From NCBI GenBank assembly GCA_965285935.1, contig OZ260663.1:16244001-16308000 (forward strand): a DNA stretch of 64,000 bases, read 5' to 3'. The translations under genes and the position numbers were made by a program. The number at the start of each line of letters is the position of its first letter. Positions within the stretch are counted from its first letter, which is position 1. The stretch comes from Ophelia neglecta. Its lineage: Eukaryota. Shown here one piece after another: positions 41,327 through 54,100 of the stretch. The notes beneath the pieces are model-generated. The model saw nothing but the letters and a program-made list of their open reading frames with translations, did not search any database and was not told the DNA's origin.

Positions 41327-42200
41327 ATGAACAAAGCTTTAACAGTACCTCAAAAATGCATTTAGTTATTTTCTGAAACACCTCTTAGTTAAAGATAAAC
41401 AGAGTATTATGTTTCACATTTTGGATGAATGTGTTGGTTGGCCGTGACTGTTGGATGAGTGGTGAGTTGTGTTAAATGTCACAAGATGGGGTTTGCATGA
41501 TTTTAGTGATGGTGATTGTAGTGAAGGTGATTGTAGTGATGGTGACTGTAGTGATGGTGATTGTAGTGATGGTGACTGTAGCGATGGTGATTGATTGTCT
41601 AGATGATTGAAGTAAATGTGTTCAATGTGTGGATGATTGCAGTGGTTGTGTATGAATGTGTTGCTGATTGAAATGAACAAAGGTTAAAGATTACCTCAAC
41701 AATGCATTTTGTTATTTTCTGAAACACCTCTTAGTTAAAGATAAACAGAGTATTATGTTTTACATTATGGATTAATGTGTTGGTTGGCCGTGACTGTTGG
41801 ATGAGTGGTGATTGTGTTAAATGTCACAAGATGGGGTTTGCATAATTTAAGTGATGGTGATTGTAGTGAAGGTGATTGTAGTGATGGTGATTGTAGTGAT
41901 GGTGATTGTAGTGATGGTGATTGTAGTGAAGGTGATTGTAGTGATGGTGATTTTAGTGATGGTGATTGTAATGATGGTGATTGTAACGATGGCGATTTTT
42001 GTGATGGTGATTGTACTGATGGTGATTGTAGTGATGGTGATTGTAGTGATGGTGATTGTTGCGATGGTGATTGTTGCGGTGGTGATTGTTTGTCAAGATG
42101 ATTGAAATAAATGTGTTAAATGTGTGAATGATTGAATAGATAGTGTATGAATGTCTGGATAATTGAAGTGAATGTGTTTAGTGTGTGGATGATTGCAGTG
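41327..42200. repeat. Tandem duplication of a ~345-bp unit containing a 15-bp minisatellite (AGTGATGGTGATTGT)n
   Basis: Units start ~41327 and ~41672 with near-identical ~175-bp heads; minisatellite ~6 copies in unit 1 (41505-41595) and ~16 in unit 2 (41850-42090). Confidence 0.9.
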
Positions 42201-43179
42201 GATGTGCTTGAATATCTTGCTGAGTAACAGTGAGTGGGTTTGATAGTCTTGACGATGGGACCATTGTGCTTTAATGTCTTGATAATTAATTCGATGGTAT
42301 ATGATTCTCTAGATATTTGAAGTGTTAGTCTTGGGATTGCTACCATCCGACCGGAGTAAATTACAATAAATGATCATATGTTGAATATTTTTTCAATCGA
42401 ATCATTATTTTGGTTTAAACATATTTTTTGTTAACGAAATTTGTATTTTACAGAAGCCAAGGGCTTAGAAAGGTAATTTGCAAATAAATCTTTGAGACAA
42501 TGAAAGTGATAAAACGTTATATTCTTGGTCATTGCGAATATAAATTTAGACGTTTTTAATGTATTTTTGTGTCCGTTATGTTAGGAACCTCTCAAAACGT
42601 CGCGTATTTCCTACTCAACCAATGGCTCTTCAAAAGCCAAAGCTGAGCTTCAAAGGCCCATGACTGTAGTTCCCTGGAAGTATCTTTCTCTCTTATGAAA
42701 TCTGGCAGCTGAACAAGATAAGTAGTGCCGGAAAGTTATGTAAGTCCCATGTCATCTCTTTCATTAAGCGTATATGATAAACATACAAATGGGCTGTTTA
42801 GTTTCTATTTAATCTGCCGCCTGTTTGTTTATTGTCCGGAATATCTCAGTGCTAGTCTTCATTGCTGTGATCCGCTTACTATAGAAAATATGCTTGCAGT
42901 GAAATTGTTTCCCTTTCCATGTATTAATATATCGCCTGATGTAAACTACTCATCCGTTCTTGTCACGTGGTGTTGAATATGAAGTTGGAATTAAACGAAT
43001 ATATAAATATTCCATATACAATGAATAATAATTCTGCTTTGTAATCTCCTTTAAATGAAACCACAATATTTAAAAGATGTTTTCGCCTCGGTCATTCAAT
43101 CTTGAGCTTCTTTTCGCTGTCAAACAATGTTGAGGGTTGTGAAGATTTGTCTCTAGTTTGCTGAAAATTTTTGTATACT

Positions 43180-43262
43180 TAATCTGTCTAAACAGACCAC
43201 CTCCAAATATCATACCTGCATTTTCCAGTCCCTTGGGTGGTCTTAATTCACAGGATTCACTG
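43180..43262 (-). mobile_element. Family A MITE, half copy
   Basis: CTGTCTAAACAGACCACCTCC...CAGTCCCTTGGGTGGTCTTAATTCACAGGATTCACTG|TA. Confidence 0.75.
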
Positions 43263-44087
43263 TATATGTTAATTACCACTTATTACATGAACAATTATTA
43301 TTGGTCAACAAATGATAAAGCCTTCCAGTCAGGGCACTCGGCTCATGACTTCAAACGGTTTCATATATAATGGGGGAGGAGTCATGTATGAGGGAGGAGT
43401 CATCAAATAAAGAGTATACTATTTAGAATACTAGCATATGCTTAAATATAAATAGTATGTTCTCCAGGACCATGTTGCGTAACATGATGTCATCTTAGGG
43501 GTATAATGTTTACGACTTTAAATGACGATAAATGACTAGTAGCCCCGGGCGAAAACAGCACCAGCACCGAGGACCATAGGACAAAAGCGTAGCGAAACCA
43601 ATTTCTACCGACTTGTCTGGCTTTCTTTCTTAGTACAACCTTTCTCTTCCCTATATATTTCATCAAAGTCTATCCATAATTTAAACCCAATAAAACTGAG
43701 CAGCTATTTATTGTCATTGATTATTTCGTAGTGCAAGCACAAGATAATTCTATTTATGAGGCTATTTGAAGGCCGAATCTAGGCGTGTAACGACGCTTGC
43801 TGGCGCCGTTTTCTGTAATTTTTGCCACATAGTTGACTGTTTAGACCTTCTGATAGGCCTATAGGACCAACTTAGTTTACTACGTGTATAGTGTAAGTTG
43901 GAATTTACAAATACATCGATGTACCTGTTTCATTAATCTGGATTATACTCACCTACAATACCTTTACTGTTTTGTCATGGCGAATGTGACCACCTGGTAT
44001 TTCAATAATTATACATGGAACATATAAAACGAGCCTGCATTGATGACGCGATGTGTAATCATACGCAGACGGAGCATCGATCACTAA

Positions 44088-44271
44088 GGGAGCGCTCATT
44101 ATTTTTGGCCGGGGTGGGGGCAAGGTTCAGCGAGTGGAATACCCCCCCCCCCCTAAGAATGGGTAAACCCCCTCCCTAAAAATAGAACAAAGTTTTCGCC
44201 CCCCCCCCCTAAGAATGGGTAAAAAAAATTGCCCCCCCCCCACCACCACCCCATAAATAATGACCGCTCCC
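44088..44271. mobile_element. PIF/Harbinger-like MITE (TAA TSD)
   Basis: TAA|GGGAGCGCTCATTATTT...AAATAATGACCGCTCCC|TAA; internal duplicated CCCCTAAGAATGGGTAAA. Confidence 0.75.
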
Positions 44272-45001
44272 TAAACGAGATTTGAAACATCAGGCAGATG
44301 GATTGACCACGACCAAATGTCCGTTAAAGTGAGTAGGCGTGTATTTTTCTTAATCAGCAATTAGTCTGGTGAACGAATTTATAACGCAAGAAATTCCACT
44401 TGACGTGCGGGACGCTTGGACCATTTGTATTCTCTGAAGCACACAGGTTCCGATTTAACCGAAACACATTGATTTTATGGCGGCCACTCAATAGTGAATG
44501 GTTCACAATTGATGCAATTACAGTAATATATAGGTTTGCCTGGGACCACGAATGGGCAGTGATGTGGTGGCTGCGTGCACAAGGGGTTCATTGTATGGCT
44601 TTGGTATAAATCATTATACAGCACTAGGTGGTCTTGTAGGAGACAGGACACTATGCTGGCCAGACTCAACTTCATCGAACTAATTTGCCGAAAAACAAAC
44701 TTTTTGCTAATCGCATTTCTACCTTAGTGCAAGTGTAAGTTTGTTGTATTATCGAATTATTTATTAATACTGTGCTATTAAATTTACAGCCAGCCCACAA
44801 ACAACCGCTTGTTGCTACATTATTCTTTTGAAGTTTTTGTTCATTTGGCGATCCATATTGCCAAAAAATAAATCGTCCACTCGTTGGTTTATACTTTTTT
44901 TAAACCTCAACTGGTTACCCGTGTAAATGCTATTACAATTTAAGCATCACATATGTTCCTTTTGTTTCATTACATATACCTATCACATTGCTGTATTAGC
45001 T

Positions 45002-45195
45002 CAGTGGCGGATCGAGGTTTGCAGGAAGGGGGGGGGGGGGCAAAATTGTCCAAGGCTGACAAGGCAAATGTGTGGATTGTCCCCGTTACCAACCCTCCGA
45101 AAGCACCTTGCGTGGGTCCAGAAATAGGCCCTGGTCCAGGCCCACTTTTTGGCAAGGGGGGGGGGGGGCTGCCCCCCCCCCTAAATCCGCCACTG
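45002..45195 (-). mobile_element. Family B MITE
   Basis: TAGCT|CAGTGGCGGATC...AATCCGCCACTG|TAGCT; perfect 5-bp TSD. A further orphan end (..TGAATCCGCCACTG) finishes at 45369. Confidence 0.88.
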
Positions 45196-46459
45196 TAGCT
45201 AGAATAAAATGACCGTTGTAAACATTTAAAGTGGGATGTACCAGCTTTACACTTTTTCATTCATCACCATCGTATTTGAATCAAGTTTAAATTAGTTCAT
45301 TGAGCGCGTGTTTCCTTGTGCGGGCAATGGATGAGGCCCCCTGCCCCCCCCCCCCTGAATCCGCCACTGGTAAGTAACAGCAAATGAAAGTAACAGGGGG
45401 GGGGGGGGACGCGGGCCTCTGATAGGAATCGTTCGAAAATATCGTTCGATGATACAAATTTGGAAGCTTTTGGCCTATTAAGCAGTAAATGTTACCAAAA
45501 GTACAATGAGAGTAGTACTATCATTTTGAAAATACGGACGCAATGACAAGTCTACAAACCTGTATAGTTATTCACAACTGTATACTACTGGAGATAACCA
45601 GTAGGCCACTTGTGGCCAGTGTTACGCGTGCTTTCATCCCCAAGGCGGTTAAATTCAGAGGGGTCATGCAGCTATGTGTTTGTTCTTGTTAATTGTTCTT
45701 GATGCCTTGGCTTCATGAATTGCAGAGCACGTCCACTCTTAATATTTTTAGTATCTACTAGTTGTCCATGTCTTTGGAAACACTGAACAGCGTTAGAATT
45801 GACTGTTATACCACATGGAACTTAGACCCGAACTCAATGCATCCAGTAGTGAAAGTTATGGTCTTTATTATGGCGTTTAAAATGTGAAAACAGCCTATAT
45901 TTTAATAAATAATATCCCCTATATAAGCCCACCTTTTATCACCGCCTGAGTTTTGATGCCAGCAAATGTTGGGGCCTATTTTACCGCATCCCCTGGAAAT
46001 AGGGAGCCCACCTCAGACTTAAAGGTACTCTTTCCAGCGAAGCCTACATTATTTTACACCCCAGTCACACAGAGCCATCGGTGATAGATCGCTAGTTTTC
46101 TTAGCTAGATTAGGGCGGGAACCGATGCAAACCTATTTACCACCGATATCACCTATTGGTCGCCTTTTTTCCACTTATCAAAGCTATTGGATAGAGATGA
46201 GTTTCGCCGCGGAAAAACTACCGATTGGGATTTTTAAAAGTGTATAAAATTCTCGATTGGTGAAAATATCTTACAAATAACCGACAACAACCTGCGATAA
46301 GAGATATGGAAGCTCTTTATCACCTATGGCACCGATCGGCCACTGATTACCACATATATCTCGCAGACCATTTCAGACGAAAAATGCTCCCAAACACCAA
46401 TCGATCGCCGACATATCCGATTTAACACCGACTTACAAGCGATGATAACCGGTCTCATA

Positions 46460-46638
46460 CAGTGAAACCTGCAAATTAAGACCACCCAAGGGACTGAAAA
46501 ATACTGGTCTGATTATTGGGATGGTCTGTTTATAAAGGTTATTTTACATTGAAAGTGTAAACTATGGTCTTCAGATTTGTGGTCTAAGTTGACAGGTGGT
46601 CTCAATATAGAAGGTGGTCGTTAAGGCAGGTTAAAATG
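46460..46638 (+). mobile_element. Family A MITE, variant subfamily
   Basis: TA|CAGTGAAACCTGC...GGTCGTTAAGGCAGGTTAAAATG|TA; reverse complement of the 29092 copy. Confidence 0.8.
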
Positions 46639-47039
46639 TACCATCAATGATTTTGACCGATTGACCAATTATTCACCACCGATACCCATTCACACTAAAA
46701 GCAAGAAATGAAATCACTTATGGCAACCGATCAAAACAGCGAGAAAATGAAATATCGTTAGGCAGATTAGGTGCCGATTTAAGCCCGACCGTCTGTGTGA
46801 CAGGGGTATTACCAAATTAGTTCCGTATGACATTGCCCCCCCCCCCCCCCCCCCGAGAATATTAGCAACTTTAAGTTTTCCAATCTTGGTTACATAAGGA
46901 AAATTGCCCCCCCCCCCCCCCTCGCCATCATCCGTCATTCCTCTACCTCCCAGTGTGTATACAGTCCAGTTAGGAGGCATTGCAGCAAGTTCCTAGCGGT
47001 CATATCATGAACTAACGTTAGATCTCGCTTGTGAACATG

Positions 47040-47196
47040 CCAGTCAGCCGGTCGAGCATATCGGTCCTGCCAGTGGTTACACGGTCACGTGACACACACG
47101 CGCCAGTGCTGGATGGTTACACCACGGGCTAACCTCCGGCCTGACCCGGAACGCAGCTCACCGCCTCAGTACAAAGCCGTCAGAGATAAGGTAAGC
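47040..47196 (+). promoter_or_regulatory. Candidate promoter and short non-coding first exon of the ankyrin-caspase gene
   Basis: CpG-rich patch; palindromic GTCACGTGAC (47084-47093); TGGTTACAC twice; CCGGAA; Inr-like TCAGT (47166-47170); strong donor AAG|GTAAGC at 47190/47191. A matching acceptor TTTCTGTATTACAG ends at 49808, just before the ATG. Confidence 0.5.
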
Positions 47197-48730
47197 CCAA
47201 TTATTCAATATTTCAGGGTCTTAGTCAGACAATAATATTTCAAATGATCATTAATAACTGTGTAGATTTATTGAAGACAGTCTGAATGCTACCTGCATGG
47301 TTGCTATGGCCGTATGTGTGCTGCCGTGGCTGGGAGATCAATAATATGCATTACTTCTAGAAGCTCCTGTAGGAAGGCATGTGTTAGTGTGTAGAGCGGA
47401 GTTGGGCGTAGGGGTAGTGAGGGGTGGGGGTGGGGTGGGGCTGGCAATGCCACCAGAGCACCCACCAGGACCTCGGCAATGCCCCACACACAGACCATAG
47501 ACTGTAATTACAAAGACAGCGACGAGTATTGGCGTAGTCTGTGGTAGCCTGTGTTGTGCATAAGGGAAGAAGTAGGTTATGGCGGATGTTTACCATAAAT
47601 ACACAGGACACCAAAACCTGCTGATTCCATAATGGCTGCCTATGATACAGACCCCCTTTACCCCATATAAGCTGGGATTGGGAGGGGGTGGGGGAGGGTG
47701 GGGGTGCGGGTTTGTGTGTTAGTCCCAGCGTCTTTAAAAGCGAGGTGCCTTGGAGGTTTTATGATTGTGAATGCCTGACCCACTCATATAAATAGTAGCC
47801 ATTAAACATGTACGCATTTATGAAAGAGGGTGCGGGGGGATTCGAGGGGGGGGGGGGCGCTGACCACAAACCTGAACGGGACTCTGCCACCAGAGGTGTC
47901 GAAACGCAACGCTTATTAAAAAACCTTTTAAGGGAATATAATTTCCCCAATTGGCATCATAGACTTGGAAACTGGAGGTCAAGGCTGTGTTGGACTCTTT
48001 TCACCAGGGGGCACTGTAAACACAAGCACGATTAATTCTAATTATTGGCTAAAAAACAAGCTTTTGGCAATTTCCTTTGCGTACAAATAGTCCAATTGTC
48101 CAAACATCAGGCATATTTACTAGTCAAATAACAAGATCCAAAAGCTCTGTTATTGAATAGAAAAATCTGGCTTGGCGTCTCACGGACAGCAATTTTCATG
48201 TGTGATAACTAACATTTGTACTTGTGTAGTTTTGCTGGTTCGCTTCAACGGGTCGCTACAAAAAGCAAAAAGTGAGACAGCTTGCGATTGGAGGCAAACC
48301 CGCCATCTTTTGCATGCGAAAAACTTTGTAATTGCACGCTAGGCAGACGACTGTCTTATCCACTCATCCATGACGGCCGGTGGTATACGTCTGGGTATAG
48401 TGAAGCCCGGGAGCGTGGTCACTAGCCTATTATTTAAAATGTTGATTTCTTACGATGAATTTTTTTGGCCAAGTAGGAAAAATAGATACATGTATTATAG
48501 AACATCACGTAACACAATGCGTATACTCCTCAGGGAATATGTATTTCTAGACTTAAATATAAGATATAAATAGTTTTGAAAGCAATATAGTTCGAATTAA
48601 GGGTCTGAAACATATATCTCCGAGGGCTCATTTTGTAATAAATAAGCCTAAATTTGCTGTTTACAATGAAATGAGGACTATTTTCTGAAATAAGTTTACA
48701 ATAAATTAACCAACTACTTGACATCCAATG

Positions 48731-48907
48731 CAGTGAAACCTGCCTTAAAGACCACCTCTATTATCAGACCACCTGCCAATTCAGACCACATATTTACGAC
48801 CATGCTGTATGCCTTCAATGTTAAATAACCTGTCTAAACAGACCACCTCGGAAATCAGACCAGTATTTTCCAGTCCCTTTGGTGGTCTTGATTCACAGGT
48901 TTCACTA
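48731..48907 (-). mobile_element. Family A MITE
   Basis: CAGTGAAACCTGCC...CAGGTTTCACTA; same interior as the other copies. Confidence 0.82.
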
Positions 48908-49827
48908 TATTATATTTATATATACCCTATAGAATATTATAATTTATTCGTAGAACTGTGAGAAATTTGGCACAATTCTATTTTAAAGTCCCTTTGGGTG
49001 GGCCCATCCCTTTTAAAGCAGCCAAAACATGACACGAAGAGCTGCTCCTATTCTACATGTTAGATCGGTAAAGATGCGTTAAAAGACGGTCCATCCTAAT
49101 ATAAACGGACTAACCTTGGTGAAAATTGGAATATATTTAATTACTATGTATAGCAATGCCTTAAAAGTAATCAGTTTTGCTTTTATCACCATTTTAGGCA
49201 AGTGTAAGCATTTGGGCCTAAATAAACTAACGGGGCGATTGGATTAGGCGAAAACTATTTTGGTCAAAATTTATTTTTTTCGATTTATTTGCCATTACTG
49301 CCAATTCAAAAATATTGTGACCAAACAAACAATAAAATTGGAGAGGAGAGGAAGGGAATTAAGATTGATTTTAAAGAGATTTTTTTGCTCTTCCCGCCAT
49401 TTCAGGTATTATCAACTCGTTAAGTTAAAAGAACTTAGCGGGCTGGTGGGTGGGATTCATATCTTATTGAAGGATCAGTAGATTGTTTGTGTGAGTGTGT
49501 GTGTGTGGGGGGGGGGGGATAATAATGGGAATTTTTTGGTGCAATGCATCAATATCACCAAAAGCTGCTATTTAAATATAGGCAGAGTTAATCTTTTTAA
49601 TTTTTACTTTTTCATGAATGTATTTTCCTTCATATATGTTTACTATACTTTTGAATCGGTGGAGTGCTTGCCTTTCTAAGCACCACATTTCTCAGTGCAC
49701 ATGTAGTGCTAGACATGCTTCTCCAATCACTGGTCAGCCCAGTTTAACTTGTGTCTATGTTTATGCCACTTAAACCAAATTACTCTATATTTACTTTCTG
49801 TATTACAGTACAATCTGAGACAATTCA

Positions 49828-51178
49828 ATGGAATTGGCCAAGTACTATTACAGCCGGGTGACTAAGGACACCCCGTCCAGAGAGCGCCTCGCCCTGTCTG
49901 AGGCTCTGGTGACTGACCTGACCGGGCAGTTAGACCGAGGTGTGGAGTACGACCGGGACGCCGTGGCGGAGATCGCTCGGGTCATGCTGAGTGTGAACCT
50001 CGACTCCCTGCACTCCACCCCCGAGCTCAGGGACTGGCTCCTGTCCCAGGAGGTCCGGGATCTGGTGTGGAGGCTCTCTGCCCAGGAGGGGACCGCCTCG
50101 GCCGTCCTCCAGGGCATGTTTGACGGCGTGGCTGAGAGGAGTGTGGGGTTCGATGATATGTGGACGTGGAGTACCGTGTTAGTCAGCTCCTGGTTTCTCG
50201 GGACAGACGGCTCCGTGGTGCCGACATCTCCCGGGTTTTTACTGCTACTTTTCGCATTCTGCTACCGATGTGGCTCAAGACAGGCAGATTACTGTGGACA
50301 ACGCCTTATGAATATTCCCTCCTCAGACGAGCGGATGCTCCCTCTGGTGACAAGGACTCTCCATACAGAGACCTGGGAGTCTCTGGTACAGGGGAACAGT
50401 GCGGGCGACACGGTTCTCCACATAGCCGCGTCCCTAACCCGCCTTCCTCGGGTCACCAGAACCCTGCTGTACCAGACAGACATAGATGTTAATGTGAGGG
50501 GTAACACTGGTAAGACTCCCCTCACACGTCTCATTGGGGGCTCGTCCGTGCTGTACAGTATACACCTCCCCCCAGCCGAGGTCCTACTAGAATACCCGGA
50601 GACCGACGTCAGTCTGTTAGACGACCGGGACAAGACCGTGTTACACTATTGTCTGGACCATCTCGGAGACTCCCCGGCGTCGGTCACAGTGGCTCTGGCA
50701 TTAATTACATTAATATGTCAACATTCCTCGGTCACCCCCGACATGATAAGCAGAGCGCTGGAGAGCCTGTTAGAGTGGGAGGTCTCCCCAGGACTGCGGG
50801 ACCAGTGTTATGGTGTTATAGTAAACCTCGCCACCAACAATAACTATGATATCAACCGTCCAGTGAGAGGCGGGATGACAGCATGCCACCTGGCGGCCAC
50901 ACAGGGGCATTACGCTATTGTGGAAAAGTTCATGGACATAACAGGGCTTGACCCGAACACGCCGGACAGTCTGGGTAACACTGTCCTCTACTACGCATGC
51001 GCCAATTTCCCACCAGAGTCCGTCATGTCTGTAATAGACCACCCAACGGCGACCTGGGACTTCACCCACAAAAACAAAGCAGACCAGACCATCCTGGACT
51101 ATTACAGCCGGTTTCCGGACAACAAGAAAGATCCCACATTATTAGGGTACATTGAGAAATGCTTGGAAGACACAAAAG
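49828..51178 (+). CDS. ANK-caspase coding exon 1: helical N-terminus plus ~6 ankyrin repeats (450 aa)
   Basis: Motifs GDTVLHIAA, DVNVRGNTGKTPL, DDRDKTVLHYCL, GGMTACHLAATQGHYAIVEKFM, DPNTPDSLGNTVLYYAC, KNKADQTILDY; acceptor at 49808; donor AAG|GTAAGG at 51178. Confidence 0.9.
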
Positions 51179-54100
51179 GTAAGGTTGATCAGTATTTTCA
51201 CTGACCAGGAGTAATGTTAAGACCAATATGTCAATGTTTATTACCAAAACCGGCTTCCAGAAATCCGGATTAGCAAGTTAAGGACAATTAAGCACTTGAT
51301 TCCTGATTTTAATCCGAGTCATGAGTTAATACCGCTTCTAGAAATCGGGCCCTGGGTGATGAAAGGCGAGGTAAAGCAAGCCTGGCAATGAGATGATTGT
51401 AATAGTATGAGCTGCAATTGGGTATGGTCGGATTGGGTAGCTTATTTAGTTCGTTGGGTAGACGGAGAGGCAGGTAGGGAATGGGGTCGTGAGAGGTGGT
51501 GTTTGGTGGGATGGGTTATGGTGGTATGGGCCCTAAGCTGGTAGTGACAGGTAGACGGGGAGGCCGATAGGGAATGGGATGGGATGTGGTGGCTTGGGCT
51601 CTAAATCATTGGACTCTAAGAGGTGGTATAAGTTGTCTCGGTTGTAGTGGAATTGCTGATATTAGGAAAATTGTCTTTGGACCTTTGCTGATATTAGCCG
51701 CCTGTCCTTCGCTATTTGAAACAGTTTTCTACTAGAAAAATAGTACAAAATAATATTATTCACCGTTGACTCTTTGCTTTTGTCGGATTCCAGGCGTACG
51801 ATGGGTTCCCTTCCGACCTAGTGATCACATTGATGTCAAATGTTCTACCGCTGAACACTATGCGGACAGAGCAGACGACTGGGTACGTGATACGACTCTT
51901 AAAGGTGTTTAATTCAGCTAACAGAGAATGCAATGTACATTGAGTAGGTCTGATAATACCGTTTGATATATATGAAAAACCAGTGGTGGATACCCGTCAG
52001 ACAAAGACATTGACCAAGAATAGTCCATAAAATAGTTACGAACTCTTCAAGAACCACCAGTCGCTGCACGAGACAAATACAGACGTATACAGGTCTGATA
52101 ACGATACATGATATGTACTATGACATATACAGGTTCAAGCCAAATTGGATTATTGGTTTAAATTGCAAATAAAGTAACCATAAAACAAAACCGTGCACTT
52201 AACACCTGTTCTTAAACAGATAGCACCTTGGAATAAGGGACACCAATCAATTGAGGACAAGTATTTCGGATCTCATCTTTTTAATGCTCGTGAAAACTAA
52301 AGAGTAGTAAAAAGGGCCACATAGGAAAGATGAGACCTACTCGCTCACTTGGCACTTCCAACTTACTGTAATAGCTTTTTATGCAGTTGAACCTGACATT
52401 TCAGAGACGAGTAGTTTCTATTCTTTATTGATGAAGCACAAGGGCATACCTTAGTTGTGATGGAGCGGTATTGATTCCAATTTTGCAGACATATGAGATG
52501 GGTCATGCGTACAAGGGTAAGGCTGGTATTATAGCGATCCACACCTTCTCCGGTAACATGAACAACCTACTTGGCTATAAGCAGGATACGGAGGACCTGG
52601 CGGCCTTGTGGGACGGCCTCGGGTTCCAGGTGGTCGTCCCTGAAAGACGGAACCCGGAAGGAGGCTGTCTTACCGCCGAGGTATGAGTAAAGAGATATAG
52701 GTTTTTGGGTAATACCTCCACAAATAATTCTCTTTTTATTATATGTTCAATATGTTTATTATATGTTCAAATTAACAAAATGTAGTGCATCAGAAATATG
52801 ACGCTTAGTTATTAAGCAGTGGTGGATCCAGGATTTCAGGAGGGGGGGGGGGGCAAATTTTCCAAGGTTGACAAGGTCAATGTCTTTTTGCCCCCCGCCC
52901 CCCTCCTAAATCCGCCACTGTTAATATAATAATGATAATGGGTAAAGTTATGAACTCGTTCCCTTATATGAGTTATCATTGGATCGCGCCTCTAGGAGAT
53001 ACAGTCAGCGGTAAAGCAATTCGCCAGAGAAATCCTCGAGCAAAGTGACCAGTGTGCCGTGCTCTGTATCCTGAGCCATGGAGGCGAGGGTTTTCTGTAC
53101 GGCAGTGATGGTCACACGGCAGACACAAACCAGCTACTCCAGGAACTGGACAATATCAATTGTATTCAGATGGCGGGAAAACCGAAGGTCGTCATCATTC
53201 AGGCGTGTCAGGGAGGTAAGTTTTCAGATGGCGAACAGTAGGAGAGGTATTTGTCATCCATTTGTGTTAAAGATAACCCGTGTTGCCCCGGAATTCAAGC
53301 TAATTAGATATACATTATGCCATCTTTTGGAATAGCCGTTTTTTCACAAAACTGGGCACTACTTTCCAAAAAATAATCATTGCACACTCAGCCGGTATCT
53401 ACTGACTACCGTTGCCAGGTAACCCCACTTTCGTAATACGACCTGGATTAATTCAAATTAAAGTCGCCTTCAACACTAAGTATATCAACTCGCAGCACAT
53501 GCATTTGAAAAGATAACTTTGGACTGTGTTATGAGAATAAGGACAGCCTGTCTAATGGACTACAGCATACTTTTAACACAGGCGATCATAAAAGGTTTAC
53601 TCAGCTCAAGTTTAGTAAAAAAAATACAAAACTTTAATTCGAATATTTGCAGCTTTACTTAATTTGCAAATCGTTTGAAGGCCTCTGCACTTTGCAACAT
53701 ATATGTACTGTACTATGTAAGCCAGTGAGTGCTCTATGTATCCCTTAGCTACCTGATTTGCCTTATAATACATACATTGGGTTCAATGTACGTGTGTATG
53801 TTTACTGGGCGGATTTCGTTCTGTGTCATATGTTCTATACGAGTAACCAAAATGTCAAAGCAAAAAGGCAGATACATCTTTTGTGAAATTAGCTTGTTGA
53901 TTTTTACTTTCAACGAGGAACAGCGCACGTACACTGTTAAAAATAATGGAACAAGCACCATAGGATAATCAGAAATTACCAACTTATTACCTTCATGCTG
54001 GAAACATTATTTGATTGAATTACTCCATAAGACTAGCTGCTGGCTACCTGCTACCCTGGAGCTAGCGTACTACCACCTAGGTTTTAGCTCAACTTTTCCT

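Noticed and set aside
40205-42100. CRISPR-like arrays
   Set aside because: Eukaryotic context; repeats are tandem without unique spacers and there are no cas genes.
41414-42105. ORFs with (DGDCS)n, (MVIVV)n and (QSPSL)n repeats
   Set aside because: By-products of a 15-bp minisatellite open in several frames; no gene structure.
49848-51069. Antisense and alternate-frame ORFs within the ANK exon (and similar ones within 16493-17792)
   Set aside because: Shadow ORFs expected in GC-rich coding sequence.
49828-51204. Stand-alone 458-aa ankyrin gene as given by the ORF track
   Set aside because: A consensus donor at 51178 and phase-compatible downstream exons make it more likely the first coding exon of the caspase gene; retained only as a possible isoform.
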